Source: an uncultured Ignavibacteriales bacterium | GTDB taxonomy: Bacteria > Bacteroidota > Ignavibacteria > Tepidaquicellales > OLB5 | Direction: 5' to 3' | DNA length: 60,396 bases | Assembly: GCA_964568655.1 (NCBI GenBank) | Contig: CAZMRG010000002.1 | Coordinates: forward strand, 1-60,396 | Shown: piece after piece, positions 27,333-37,324 of the stretch | Layout of the letters: each line of letters starts with the position of its first letter | How positions within the stretch are numbered: position 1 is the stretch's first letter | Made by a program: the position numbers and the translations under genes | Notes under the pieces: model-generated | What the model was told of the DNA's origin: nothing | What the model saw: only the letters and a program-made list of their open reading frames with translations | Databases searched by the model: none

Positions 27333-28538
27333 ATGGATAAAGATTACGATGTAATAATTGCGGGCGCCGGAATAGTCGGGCTGGCAACGGGGCTGATGAT
27401 ACTTCAAAAACGTCCGAAGACGCGGCTGCTCATACTGGATAAAGAAGACGGAGTTGCGCGCCACCAAACAGGGCATAACAGCGGCGTGATACACTCGGGA
27501 ATTTATTACAAACCCGGGAGCCTTAAAGCTAAGAATTGTATCACAGGATACAAGCGTTTAATAGAATTCTGTAATGAGGAAAATATACCTTATGAAATTT
27601 GCGGCAAAGTGATTGTAGCTACTTCAGAAAGTGAATTAGGCGGTTTGAACGCGTTGTATGATAAGGGCATCGCAAACGGATTAGATAGGATAAGAAAAAT
27701 AGACAAAGCTGAATTAAAGGAAATTGAGCCATATGCTAACGGAATTAAAGCGATTCATGTGCCGTATACCGGAATAATTGATTATAAAACTGTAAGCGAG
27801 AAATTCGCAAATAAGATCACAGGCGCAGGCGGAAGACTAAAGTTCCTCGAGAAAATAGTTAAGGTTAAAGAAACGTCAGCGGCTATAAGCGTTGAAACCA
27901 AAAACAGTTCTTTTACAACGAAGAATTTTATTAATTGCTGCGGGCTTCAGTCCGATGACGTTGCAAAGATCAGCGGCGATGGATTATATACAAGGATAAT
28001 CCCTTTCAGAGGCGAATATTACAAGATCAGGAAAGAGAAGAGATATTTGCTGAAGAATTTAATTTATCCTGTGCCGGATCCTGCGTTCCCATTCCTCGGC
28101 GTTCATTTTACAAGAATGTTGAACGGAGAGGCAGAAGCCGGACCGAATGCTGTTTTAGCTTTCAAAAAAGAAGGCTACTCAAAGACAAGTTTCAGTTTGA
28201 GCGACACATTTAAGACGTTTACATGGGGCGGATTTTACAGGATTGCGGGAAAATACATGAAGACCGGGCTTGGCGAGTTTTACCGTTCTTACTACAAGAA
28301 AGCTTTTGTAAAGGCGTTACAGAGATTGATGCCTGAAATCACATCAGGCGACCTGGTTCCCGGTGGTTCCGGAGTTAGAGCGCAGGCTATCGATAAAAAC
28401 GGAAAAGCGGTAGATGATTTTATCATCAATGAAAGGGGAAATATTATAAACGTTCTTAACGCGCCCTCCCCTGCTGCAACTTCTTCGCTATCAATAGGCG
28501 ATACGATTTCAGAAAAGATAATTAACAGGCTTAATTAG
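27333..28538 (+). CDS. lhgO: L-2-hydroxyglutarate oxidase (FAD-dependent).
   Basis: GAGIVGLAT dinucleotide fold, with HQTGHNSGVIHSGIYY and NAPSPAATSS segments as in E. coli LhgO. Confidence 0.88.
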   Translation: MDKDYDVIIAGAGIVGLATGLMILQKRPKTRLLILDKEDGVARHQTGHNSGVIHSGIYYKPGSLKAKNCITGYKRLIEFCNEENIPYEICGKVIVATSESELGGLNALYDKGIANGLDRIRKIDKAELKEIEPYANGIKAIHVPYTGIIDYKTVSEKFANKITGAGGRLKFLEKIVKVKETSAAISVETKNSSFTTKNFINCCGLQSDDVAKISGDGLYTRIIPFRGEYYKIRKEKRYLLKNLIYPVPDPAFPFLGVHFTRMLNGEAEAGPNAVLAFKKEGYSKTSFSLSDTFKTFTWGGFYRIAGKYMKTGLGEFYRSYYKKAFVKALQRLMPEITSGDLVPGGSGVRAQAIDKNGKAVDDFIINERGNIINVLNAPSPAATSSLSIGDTISEKIINRLN

Positions 28539-28569
28539 CCGGTTTTCTAAAACTAAATAATATTTTAAA

Positions 28570-29256
28570 ATGGGTATTAAAAAGTTAGCCAGCATAACTT
28601 TAGCGGCGTTATTAATTATTTACGGGTGCGGGAAAAAATCGGGGCAGGAAACAACCAAAACCGACGATAACAAACAACAAACAACCCAGCAAACTCAGAC
28701 CGTTAACCAGGACTCAATAAATAAGCAGCAGGAAGCAGATAAGCAGCAGAAGATAAAAGAAGCGATGGATAATGAGAAGATCGTAAATGACACTCTGGGT
28801 CAATGGGCAATTGATGCGGATGTAAGCTCAACTTACGGCGATGAAAAAGCCACAGATAAATCCAACGGCCCGTATACAAAGTTCCAAATGCTGGGTAAAC
28901 CGGATGTTGAACGCTATTCTGATGATGGAAGAGCCTGGGCTCCAAAAGAAGCAGATAAAGGAATTGAATGGGTGATGCTTGGTTACGATAAGGCTGTTAA
29001 CGCCACAGAAGTACGTGTCAGGCAAAACATCGGCCCGGGAGCTATTATAAAGATTGAATTGATAGATACCGACGGGAAGAGTCATACAGTCTGGGAAGGT
29101 CCGGATAAAACAAAATATGATCCTGATAAGATCCAGTACCTGTTTGCAAAATTTGACAAGACTGCATATAAGACCAAGAGAGTAAAGATTACATTGGCTA
29201 CGAATGCTGTCGATGGCTGGAATGAAATAGATGCAGTTCAGCTGGTCGGACAGTAA
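28570..29256 (+). CDS. Hypothetical lipoprotein (228 aa).
   Basis: Lipobox IYGC, a Q/K-rich linker and a C-terminal beta-rich domain ending ...GWNEIDAVQLVGQ. Confidence 0.6.
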   Translation: MGIKKLASITLAALLIIYGCGKKSGQETTKTDDNKQQTTQQTQTVNQDSINKQQEADKQQKIKEAMDNEKIVNDTLGQWAIDADVSSTYGDEKATDKSNGPYTKFQMLGKPDVERYSDDGRAWAPKEADKGIEWVMLGYDKAVNATEVRVRQNIGPGAIIKIELIDTDGKSHTVWEGPDKTKYDPDKIQYLFAKFDKTAYKTKRVKITLATNAVDGWNEIDAVQLVGQ

Positions 29257-29258
29257 AA

Positions 29259-29507
29259 TTGAAGAAATACATCGGTTACATAACTGCAATATTCGTACTT
29301 GGCGCTATCTTAAACTGCAGCAGGATTGAAGAAAAAGTCGAGCAGAAGGTGAACGAGAAGATTGATAAAAAGATCGATGAGAGTATGAAGAAAATTGACA
29401 CAAATTTCAGCAAACAGGAACTTGATTCACTGAGGCAGATTTTTGATTCTCTGGATGCCAAACAGGATACAAAACAGAATAGTAAGAGGTCGAAAAAAGT
29501 ACAATGA
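29259..29507 (+). CDS. Small coiled-coil lipoprotein, tandem paralogue 1.
   Basis: Signal peptide plus Cys (ILNC), then a charged K/E/D-rich tail. Confidence 0.5.
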   Translation: MKKYIGYITAIFVLGAILNCSRIEEKVEQKVNEKIDKKIDESMKKIDTNFSKQELDSLRQIFDSLDAKQDTKQNSKRSKKVQ

Positions 29508-29797
29508 AAGCGCTCAGATTATTCGCTGCAGGAATATTTATCATCGCATTATCGTTTAACGGGTGCGGTTTATTCGGCAAGAAGTCACCGGATAATGAAA
29601 AATCTGAAAAACAAATCATGCAGGAGCAGCAGGACATGAAAAGAAAGGTTGATTCGCTGAAGAACCTGAAACTTGATAAAGAACTCGACTCGCTGAAGAT
29701 AGTATTAGACTCATCATCGAAGAACCTGAATGAAAGCATGGAAAAGCTGATGAAATCCGGCGATCAGAATAAAAACAATGACCAGAAAATAAAATGA
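29504..29797 (+). CDS. Small coiled-coil lipoprotein, tandem paralogue 2.
   Basis: ATGA overlap with the preceding gene. Lipobox NGCGLF, then KKSPDNEKSEK... Confidence 0.55.
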   Translation: MKALRLFAAGIFIIALSFNGCGLFGKKSPDNEKSEKQIMQEQQDMKRKVDSLKNLKLDKELDSLKIVLDSSSKNLNESMEKLMKSGDQNKNNDQKIK

Positions 29798-30093
29798 ACA
29801 CAGCAGGGAAAACAAGCATAAAATTCCTGGCGGTACTTTCAGCATCTGTTCTGATAGTTGCTGATGGCTGCGGCTTGTTTAAGAAGAGCCCTGAAGATTC
29901 AGAAGGGTACAAAGAGCTCATGAAATACCAGGAACAATCGGAAAAACAAAGAGATTCGATTAAAAGAGCGGAATACCAAAAAGTTCTTGATTCATCCACT
30001 AAAGATATGATGCGGCAAATAGACTCGCTGAAACATCATTCTGACTCGGTGGAAAAATCTATAGAAAATCGCATTAACAAACTTAATAAATAA
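29794..30093 (+). CDS. Small coiled-coil lipoprotein, tandem paralogue 3.
   Basis: ATGA overlap with the preceding gene. Lipobox DGCGLF, then KKSPEDSEG..., and a shared DSLK motif. Confidence 0.55.
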   Translation: MNTAGKTSIKFLAVLSASVLIVADGCGLFKKSPEDSEGYKELMKYQEQSEKQRDSIKRAEYQKVLDSSTKDMMRQIDSLKHHSDSVEKSIENRINKLNK

Positions 30094-30111
30094 TTAATTT
30101 CAGAAAGTAAT

Positions 30112-31326
30112 ATGAAAATTCACGAATACCAGGCCAAAGAAATATTGAAAAGATTCAACGTACCGGTGCAAAACGGTATACCGATAAAAGATTTATCTGA
30201 ATTTGACGGCGCGATTGCCCAGCTACAGTCGCAAGGAATAAACCAATACGTTGTTAAGTCACAAATTCACGCAGGAGGCAGAGGCAAAGGAAAGATATAC
30301 AATCCGGCTAACCGGGATGAATTAATTTTAGAGGGCGGAGTTAAATTCACTACAGATGCCAACAAAGCTAAAGAATACGCGCAGAAGATGCTGGGAAACT
30401 TGTTGGTCACTCATCAGACAGGTTCCGAAGGCAAAATTGTAAAGACATTATTCATTACCGAAGGTTTAGATTATAACAAAGAATTATACTTAGGCATTCT
30501 TCTTGACAGAACCCTGGGGCAAAATGTTATAATGGCTTCAACAGAAGGCGGCGTAGAGATCGAAAAAGTCGCAGCTGAAACTCCTGAGAAAATTATCAAG
30601 GAATGGGTTGACCCGAATATTGGATTCCAGACATTCCAGGCAAGAAGACTCGCATTCGGGCTTGGCATGGAAGGCGAAGTATTCAAAAACTTTGTCAGCT
30701 TCATAAAGATACTTTACAAAGCTTACGAAAATACAGATGCATCGCTTGTTGAAATAAACCCGCTGGTAATAACAAACGATAATAAGGTCCTCGCGCTTGA
30801 CGCAAAGATCACGCTTGACGATAACGCAATGTTCAGGCACAAAGATTATGCCGAGCTTAGGGATCTGAATGAAGAAAATCCTCTTGAAGTTGAAGCTTCC
30901 AAATATAACCTGAATTATATTAAGCTGGATGGAAACGTAGGTTGTATGGTCAACGGCGCCGGACTTGCTATGGCGACTATGGATATTATTAAGCTGGCGG
31001 GCGGCGATCCGGCAAATTTCCTTGACGTAGGCGGTGGGGCTTCGACAGAAACCGTGCAAAACGGATTCAAAATAATTTTATCGGATCCGAATGTAAAAGC
31101 AGTGCTGGTAAATATATTCGGCGGTATTGTAAGATGCGATAGGGTTGCAGGCGGCATTATTGAAGCGGCTAAGAATATTAACATTAATGTTCCTGTCGTA
31201 GTGAGACTCGCCGGGACAAACGCCGAGATAGCCCAAAAGATGCTGGATGAATCGGGTTTGAATCTGGTTTCTGCAAACGGATTCCAGGATGCTGCGGAAA
31301 AAATAACGCAGGCGTTGAAAAATTAA
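30112..31326 (+). CDS. sucC: Succinate--CoA ligase (ADP-forming) beta subunit.
   Basis: MKIHEYQAKEIL start and an ATP-grasp domain (QIHAGGRGKGK...). 404 aa. Confidence 0.95.
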   Translation: MKIHEYQAKEILKRFNVPVQNGIPIKDLSEFDGAIAQLQSQGINQYVVKSQIHAGGRGKGKIYNPANRDELILEGGVKFTTDANKAKEYAQKMLGNLLVTHQTGSEGKIVKTLFITEGLDYNKELYLGILLDRTLGQNVIMASTEGGVEIEKVAAETPEKIIKEWVDPNIGFQTFQARRLAFGLGMEGEVFKNFVSFIKILYKAYENTDASLVEINPLVITNDNKVLALDAKITLDDNAMFRHKDYAELRDLNEENPLEVEASKYNLNYIKLDGNVGCMVNGAGLAMATMDIIKLAGGDPANFLDVGGGASTETVQNGFKIILSDPNVKAVLVNIFGGIVRCDRVAGGIIEAAKNININVPVVVRLAGTNAEIAQKMLDESGLNLVSANGFQDAAEKITQALKN

Positions 31327-31328
31327 TA

Positions 31329-32783
31329 TTGCACGGTAATTACGATAAATATGAACCGGTAATTGGGCTGGAGGTACATGCCCAGATGAAAACTAATTCG
31401 AAGGCGTTTTGTTCCTGTTCTACAGAGTTCAATGCGCCTCCGAATACTAATATATGCCCAATTTGTTTGGGGCACCCCGGTACGCTGCCGGCTTTAAATA
31501 AAAACCTGGTAGAGTATATTCTTAAAATGGGACTCGCAACAAATTGTGAAATAAGAGAACGTTCTATTTTCGCCAGAAAAAATTATTTCTATCCTGATTT
31601 GCCCAAAGGATACCAGATATCGCAATACGACCAGCCAATTTGTCATAATGGTTATGTTGATATTCACGGTAAGAAGATTGGGATAACCAGAATACACATG
31701 GAAGAAGATTCGGGGAAATCGATACATGATCTGCATGATGATGAAACTCTTGTTGATTTAAACCGCTGCGGCGTGCCACTTATAGAAATTGTAAGCGAAC
31801 CCGATATCTCCGATTCTGAAGAAGCTTATGAATATCTTATCACACTGAAGCAACTGGTTCAATATCTTGATATATGCGACGGCAACATGGAAGAAGGCAG
31901 CCTGAGATGCGATGCTAACGTATCAGTTAAGCTCAAGACGGAGAAAAAATTCGGCACTAAAACTGAGGTCAAGAATCTAAATTCCTTCCGTAACGTTGCT
32001 GATGCCCTGGAATGCGAGATAAAAAGACAAATTAATGTAATAGAAAGCGGGCAGAATGTTATTCATCAAACATTAACTTTTGACGCCAAAAACAAAGTTA
32101 CGGCGCCGATGCGTTCGAAGGAAGAAGCCCACGATTACAGATATTTCCCGGAACCTGATCTAGTGACCGTTTATATTGACCAGGAATGGAAGAACAGAGT
32201 AATGACATCGCTTCCCGAACTTCCGGCGGATAGAATAATGAGATTAATAAACGATTATTCCATTCCCGAATACGATGCAAACGTTCTCACACAGGATAAA
32301 GCTATAGCCGATTATTACGAGGAAGTTTGCAAAGATATTACCGGTGGATATTTTAAATTAGCCAGCAACTGGATAATGACTGAGGTGATGAGAGTTTTAA
32401 ACGATAATAAGACCGGTATTGCCGATTTTTGGATAAAACCGTCTAATATTTCATCATTAATTAATTTGATTGCACAAGGTAAAATTTCTAACAATATTGC
32501 AAAGGAAGTTTACTCCGAAATGCTTAAAGTGACCGATGCAGCCGACCAAAAGCAGAATCCCGAGTACATAGTAAAAGAGAAAAATCTGCTGCAGGTTTCG
32601 GATTCTTCGGAAATCGAAACAATCATCAGAAAAGTATTGGATGAAAATTCGTCCGAAGTTACCCGTTATAAAAATGGCGAAACAAAGCTGCTTGGTTTCA
32701 TAGTCGGGAAAGTAATGAAAGAAAGCAAAGGAAAAGCGAATCCGAAAACAGTTAACGAATTATTAATCAAGTTACTTAGCTAA
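31329..32783 (+). CDS. gatB: Asp-tRNA(Asn)/Glu-tRNA(Gln) amidotransferase subunit B.
   Basis: YEPVIGLEVHAQ, CPICLGHPGTLP and IHMEEDSGK motifs. 484 aa with a TTG start. Confidence 0.95.
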   Translation: MHGNYDKYEPVIGLEVHAQMKTNSKAFCSCSTEFNAPPNTNICPICLGHPGTLPALNKNLVEYILKMGLATNCEIRERSIFARKNYFYPDLPKGYQISQYDQPICHNGYVDIHGKKIGITRIHMEEDSGKSIHDLHDDETLVDLNRCGVPLIEIVSEPDISDSEEAYEYLITLKQLVQYLDICDGNMEEGSLRCDANVSVKLKTEKKFGTKTEVKNLNSFRNVADALECEIKRQINVIESGQNVIHQTLTFDAKNKVTAPMRSKEEAHDYRYFPEPDLVTVYIDQEWKNRVMTSLPELPADRIMRLINDYSIPEYDANVLTQDKAIADYYEEVCKDITGGYFKLASNWIMTEVMRVLNDNKTGIADFWIKPSNISSLINLIAQGKISNNIAKEVYSEMLKVTDAADQKQNPEYIVKEKNLLQVSDSSEIETIIRKVLDENSSEVTRYKNGETKLLGFIVGKVMKESKGKANPKTVNELLIKLLS

Positions 32784-32811
32784 AACTAAATAAGAAGGAA
32801 TCTGATAAATC

Positions 32812-33576
32812 ATGCCTAACAGAAAACTTGTTGTAGCAAACTGGAAAATGAATAAGGGACTTGTGCAGTCTCAGCAATTTGCCGATGCAATGAAATCATT
32901 TGTCGAAAAAAGCAAAGGGCTTAATTGCGAAATTATGATCTGCCCCCCATTTACTTCGCTTGAAACTGTACAAAAAAGGATAAGCGGAACCTCCATTAAG
33001 CTTGGTGGACAGAACATGCATTACGAAAACATGGGAGCTTACACTGGCGAAATATCCGCAGGAATGCTAAAGTCATGCGGATGCGAATATGTGATACTCG
33101 GGCATTCAGAGAGAAGAACATATTTCCACGAAACCGATGCGATTATTAATAAGAAAGTTCTGAAGGCTCTTGACGAAGGACTTAAGCCTCTGCTTTGCGT
33201 CGGCGAAACGCTGCAGGAGCATGAGGACCATATTACAGAAGGCGTGATAGAAGACCAGCTAAAAGCCTGCCTGAACTCAGTCACAATAGACCATATCTCA
33301 AACATGGTGATAGCTTACGAACCTGTTTGGGCTATAGGGACAGGCAAAAATGCAACTGCCCACCAGGCGGAATCAGTTCACAATTTTATACGGAAGAGAA
33401 TCAAAAAGATGTATTCCGAAGAAGCATCTAACGCAATAAAAATAATTTACGGTGGCAGCGTTACACCGGCTAACGCAAAAGAGCTTTTTACGCCGCAGAC
33501 AATAAACGGCGGATTGGTTGGCGGCGCATCGCTTGATGAAAAAAGTTTTATCGAAATAATTAATTCAGCACACTAA
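32812..33576 (+). CDS. tpiA: Triose-phosphate isomerase.
   Basis: VVANWKMN, ILGHSERR and AYEPVWAIGTG motifs. Confidence 0.96.
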   Translation: MPNRKLVVANWKMNKGLVQSQQFADAMKSFVEKSKGLNCEIMICPPFTSLETVQKRISGTSIKLGGQNMHYENMGAYTGEISAGMLKSCGCEYVILGHSERRTYFHETDAIINKKVLKALDEGLKPLLCVGETLQEHEDHITEGVIEDQLKACLNSVTIDHISNMVIAYEPVWAIGTGKNATAHQAESVHNFIRKRIKKMYSEEASNAIKIIYGGSVTPANAKELFTPQTINGGLVGGASLDEKSFIEIINSAH

Positions 33577-33592
33577 TAACATTTTAAAAATA

Positions 33593-34771
33593 ATGAATGA
33601 AGTTGTAATTGTATCAGGCGCACGCACGCCTGTTGGAGCGTTTAACGGAACTCTCGGAACCCTCACTTCGCCGCAGTTAGGCGCAATAGCTATTAAAGAA
33701 GCTGTAAAAAGAGCGGGCATAGAGCCCGTATCTATTGATGAAATAATTATGGGATGCGTATTGCAGGCAGGCATCGGACAGGCTCCGGCAAGGCAGGCTG
33801 CAATAGCGGCAGGGATACCGCCCACAGTATCCGCTACCACGGTTAATAAAGTTTGCGGCTCGGGACTTAAATCAGCCATGTATGGCGCGCAGGCAATTCA
33901 GGTTGGCGATTCAGAAATTGTTGTGGCAGGCGGAATGGAATCGATGACAAACGCGCCTTATTACCTGATGAAAGCGCGCAACGGTTACAGAATGGGAAAT
34001 GATAAGATCATAGACGGCATGATACATGACGGTTTATGGGACCCCTACGGCAACAGGCACATGGGTAACATAGCCGAACAGACTGCGAGAGAACTCAAGA
34101 TCACCAGAGAACAGCAGGATGAATTCTCAAAAGCATCTTACGAAAAAGCGCTGGATGCACAGAAGAACGGGTATTTCAAAGATCAAATAATTCCTGTAGA
34201 GATAAAAGACAGAAAAGGAAACGTAACAATTGTTGACGAAGATGAGGACCCGAAAAAAGTTAAATTTGATAAAGCCTCTTCATTGAAACCATCTTTTGAA
34301 AAAGAAGGAACTATCACCGCTTTCAATGCATCAAGCATTAATGACGGAGCGGCAGCGGTTGTTATGATGTCAAAGGCAAAAGCAGAATCTTTGAAATTAA
34401 AACCAATGGCTAAGGTTATTGCACAATATACGCACTCTCATGAGCCTGACTACTTCACAACAGCCCCGGGCTATGTTATAGATAAGATCTGCAAAAAGGC
34501 AGAAATACCTAAAGAAAATATAGATCTGTTTGAAGTGAACGAAGCGTTCGCGGTTGTAAGCTGCGCTGTAAATCAAATCGCGGGGCTTGATAATTCAAAA
34601 GTGAATGTAACCGGCGGCGCAATAGCGCTCGGGCATCCGATTGGCTCATCAGGCGCTAGGCTGCTTATTACTTTAATGTACAATATGCAGAGGCTTAACA
34701 AAAAGTATGGGTTGGTAACGTTATGCATTGGCGGCGGAGAAGCGGCGGCGATGATCATTGAAAAATTATAA
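33593..34771 (+). CDS. Acetyl-CoA C-acetyltransferase (thiolase II).
   Basis: NKVCGSGLKS active-site Cys, plus the GGMESMT, GHPIGSSGAR and CIGGG motifs. Confidence 0.95.
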   Translation: MNEVVIVSGARTPVGAFNGTLGTLTSPQLGAIAIKEAVKRAGIEPVSIDEIIMGCVLQAGIGQAPARQAAIAAGIPPTVSATTVNKVCGSGLKSAMYGAQAIQVGDSEIVVAGGMESMTNAPYYLMKARNGYRMGNDKIIDGMIHDGLWDPYGNRHMGNIAEQTARELKITREQQDEFSKASYEKALDAQKNGYFKDQIIPVEIKDRKGNVTIVDEDEDPKKVKFDKASSLKPSFEKEGTITAFNASSINDGAAAVVMMSKAKAESLKLKPMAKVIAQYTHSHEPDYFTTAPGYVIDKICKKAEIPKENIDLFEVNEAFAVVSCAVNQIAGLDNSKVNVTGGAIALGHPIGSSGARLLITLMYNMQRLNKKYGLVTLCIGGGEAAAMIIEKL

Positions 34772-34783
34772 AATCTAAATCAA

Positions 34784-35641
34784 ATGGATATAAAGAATAT
34801 TTGTGTAATAGGTTCCGGAACAATGGGCAACGGGATAGCCCATGTATTTGCCTTGAATGGCTACAATGTTACTTTGATTGATATTAAAGAAGATTTCCTT
34901 CAAAAAGGGTTGAGCGCAATTAAAGGAAATCTTGATAGACAATTAAAGAAGGAAGCTATTACACAGGAACAATTAAACACAGCGCTTTCTAATATTAAGA
35001 CCTCAACCAGTCTTACAGATGCAAAGGATTCTGAACTGGTCATTGAAGCTGCAACCGAAAACTTTACTGTTAAAAAAAGCATTTTTGAAACGCTTGATAA
35101 GGAATGTAAAGCTGATGCGATAATTGCCTCAAATACTTCTTCAATATCTATAACAGAGATTGCAGCGGTAACAAAACGAGCGGATAAAGTAATTGGTATG
35201 CACTTTATGAATCCAGTTCCGGTCATGAAACTTATTGAAGTCATACGAGGTCTCGCAACCAGTGACGAGACATATAAAACAATAAAAGAGCTCTCTGAGA
35301 AGATTCAAAAAGTACCGGTTGAAGTACAGGACTATCCCGGATTTATTTCCAACAGGATACTGCTGCCGATGCTGAATGAAGCGATGTATTGCGTTATGGA
35401 AGGCGTTGCGACTCCTGAGTCTATTGATACGGTCATGAGGCTTGGTATGGCTCATCCAATGGGCCCGCTAACGCTTGCTGATTTCATCGGGCTTGACGTA
35501 TGCTTATCCATAATGGAAGTGCTGCATAACGGATTAGGAGATTCAAAGTACAGGCCATGTCCCCTGCTTCGCAAAATGGTTGCGGCTGGATATTTAGGAA
35601 GAAAATCAGGAAAAGGGTTCTATGATTATAGCAAAAAGTAA
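34784..35641 (+). CDS. hbd: 3-hydroxybutyryl-CoA dehydrogenase.
   Basis: [15 protein letters not shown] fold, NTSS, and GFISNRIL motifs. 285 aa. Confidence 0.93.
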   Translation: MDIKNICVIGSGTMGNGIAHVFALNGYNVTLIDIKEDFLQKGLSAIKGNLDRQLKKEAITQEQLNTALSNIKTSTSLTDAKDSELVIEAATENFTVKKSIFETLDKECKADAIIASNTSSISITEIAAVTKRADKVIGMHFMNPVPVMKLIEVIRGLATSDETYKTIKELSEKIQKVPVEVQDYPGFISNRILLPMLNEAMYCVMEGVATPESIDTVMRLGMAHPMGPLTLADFIGLDVCLSIMEVLHNGLGDSKYRPCPLLRKMVAAGYLGRKSGKGFYDYSKK

Positions 35642-35643
35642 TC

Positions 35644-35674
35644 AAGTCAAAAGTGAAAAGTCAAAAGTGAAAAG
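35644..35674. repeat. Left inverted repeat of the IVS-protein cassette.
   Basis: AGTCAAAAGTGAAAAGTCAAAAGTGAAAAG. Positions 35652-35673 are the exact reverse complement of 36109-36130. Confidence 0.9.
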
Positions 35675-35719
35675 AAACAACCAATATTTTTTTAAATTCT
35701 TAGAAAAGTGCGGTGTATT

Positions 35720-36071
35720 ATGTTGAATCTAAATCATAAGAATTTGAAAGTATGGAAGATGAGTCTCGATTTTGTAAGGAGCATATATGAATTGACCGGA
35801 AATTTCCCCAAAAACGAAATGTTTGGCATTACGAATCAATTAAGAAGAGCCTCGGTATCCGTGATTTCAAATATTGCCAGAGGGAACATCAAGAAAATCT
35901 CCTGTGGAACGAAAGCGTTTTTTTGAAATTTCAAGATCTTCATTGGTTGAAATTGACACACAACTGGAAATAGCTATGACTTTGAGATTGGCTCCTTTTG
36001 ATAAAATTAAGGAATTAGATCGTTCAATGAATGAGATTTTTGCGATGACTACCAGTCTGATCAATCACTAA
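35720..36071 (+). pseudogene. Four-helix-bundle protein of the 23S rRNA intervening-sequence (S23-like) family, frameshifted.
   Basis: Two overlapping track ORFs join into ...QLRRASVSVISNIA|EGTSRKSPVERKRFFEISRSSLVEIDTQLEIA... if one nucleotide near 35879 is removed (GCC-A-GAG-GGA). Confidence 0.8.
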
Positions 36072-36108
36072 AAGATTTATTACTGGTTTACTGACCTGCT
36101 TTTGATTT

Positions 36109-36130
36109 TTTTCACTTTTGACTTTTCACT
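36109..36130. repeat. Right inverted repeat of the IVS-protein cassette.
   Basis: TTTTCACTTTTGACTTTTCACT is the reverse complement of 35652-35673 (22/22). Confidence 0.9.
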
Positions 36131-36172
36131 CAAGTATTTTAGTTTTACAAATTTAAAGAAAGCATAACGACA

Positions 36173-37315
36173 ATGGATTTTAATTTTACAGAAGAACAAA
36201 TAGCTATCAGAGACACGGCAAGAGATTTTGCCAGGAATGAAATAGCGCCCAGCGCAGTCGAAAGAGATATTAAAGCTGAATTCCCTTTTGATATTATTAA
36301 GAAGCTTGGCGAGTTCGGATTTATGGGAATGCTTGTTTCGCCTGATTGGGGCGGCGCAGGATTTGATACCGTAAGCTATGTGCTTGCAATGGAAGAAATA
36401 TCAAAAGTTGACGCTTCGGTGGGTGTAATAATGTCTGTCAATAATTCGTTAGTATGCCACGGAATTGATGAATGGGGCTCAGACGAACAGAAAGAAAGAT
36501 TCCTGAAACCGCTGGCGTCTGGAGCAAAGCTCGGATGCTTCTGCTTATCAGAGCCGGAAGCGGGCAGCGACGCAACGCAACAGAGAACTGAAGCGATAAA
36601 AGACGGCGATTACTATATTATTAACGGGATTAAGAACTGGATAACAAACGGCAAGTACGCCGATGTATATTTTGTGCAGGCGATGACTAACAAAGAGCTT
36701 GCGCATAAAGGAATATCAACATTTCTTATTGACAAAGACACACCGGGACTCGAAACCGGAGTTAAGGAAGATAAGCTTGGCATAAGGAGTTCAGATACAT
36801 GTTCTGTTAGTTTCAATAATGTCAAAGTTCATAAGAATCAATTGCTCGGACATGAAGGGCTTGGTTTTAAGATAGCGATGGAGACTTTAAACGGAGGAAG
36901 AATCGGAATTGGCGCACAGGCGCTTGGAATAGCGCAGGCATCTCTTGAAGCTTCGGTTAAATATTCTAAACAGCGTAAGGCATTTGGCTCGCCAATAGCG
37001 AATCTTCAGGCAATACAGTTTAAGCTTGCCGATATGGCCACAGAAACTGATGCGGCAAGAATGCTTATACTTCATGCCGCATGGAACAAGGACCAAAAAT
37101 TACCGTTTGCCAAAGAAGCTGCAATGGGTAAACTGCTTGCAAGCAAAACAGCGGTCAAAAATGCGCTGGAAGCAATACAGATCCACGGCGGATACGGATA
37201 TGTAAGAGAATATTTAGTTGAAAGATACCTGAGAGATGCCAAGATAACTGAAATATATGAAGGCACATCGGAAATTCAGAGAGTTGTGATTTCAAGAGCA
37301 ATGCTGAAGGATTAA
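36173..37315 (+). CDS. Acyl-CoA dehydrogenase (short-chain / butyryl-CoA type).
   Basis: 380 aa with CLSEPEAGSD, GIKNWITNG and a C-terminal YEGTSEIQ motif. Confidence 0.93.
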   Translation: MDFNFTEEQIAIRDTARDFARNEIAPSAVERDIKAEFPFDIIKKLGEFGFMGMLVSPDWGGAGFDTVSYVLAMEEISKVDASVGVIMSVNNSLVCHGIDEWGSDEQKERFLKPLASGAKLGCFCLSEPEAGSDATQQRTEAIKDGDYYIINGIKNWITNGKYADVYFVQAMTNKELAHKGISTFLIDKDTPGLETGVKEDKLGIRSSDTCSVSFNNVKVHKNQLLGHEGLGFKIAMETLNGGRIGIGAQALGIAQASLEASVKYSKQRKAFGSPIANLQAIQFKLADMATETDAARMLILHAAWNKDQKLPFAKEAAMGKLLASKTAVKNALEAIQIHGGYGYVREYLVERYLRDAKITEIYEGTSEIQRVVISRAMLKD

Positions 37316-37324
37316 AATCTTCAA

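Noticed and set aside
30112-31326. sucC without an adjacent sucD, which might indicate a rearrangement.
   Set aside because: The neighbouring genes are tightly packed and intact, and there is no scar or repeat at the junction. As far as I recall, sucC and sucD are often unlinked in this bacterial group. The question cannot be judged from one window.
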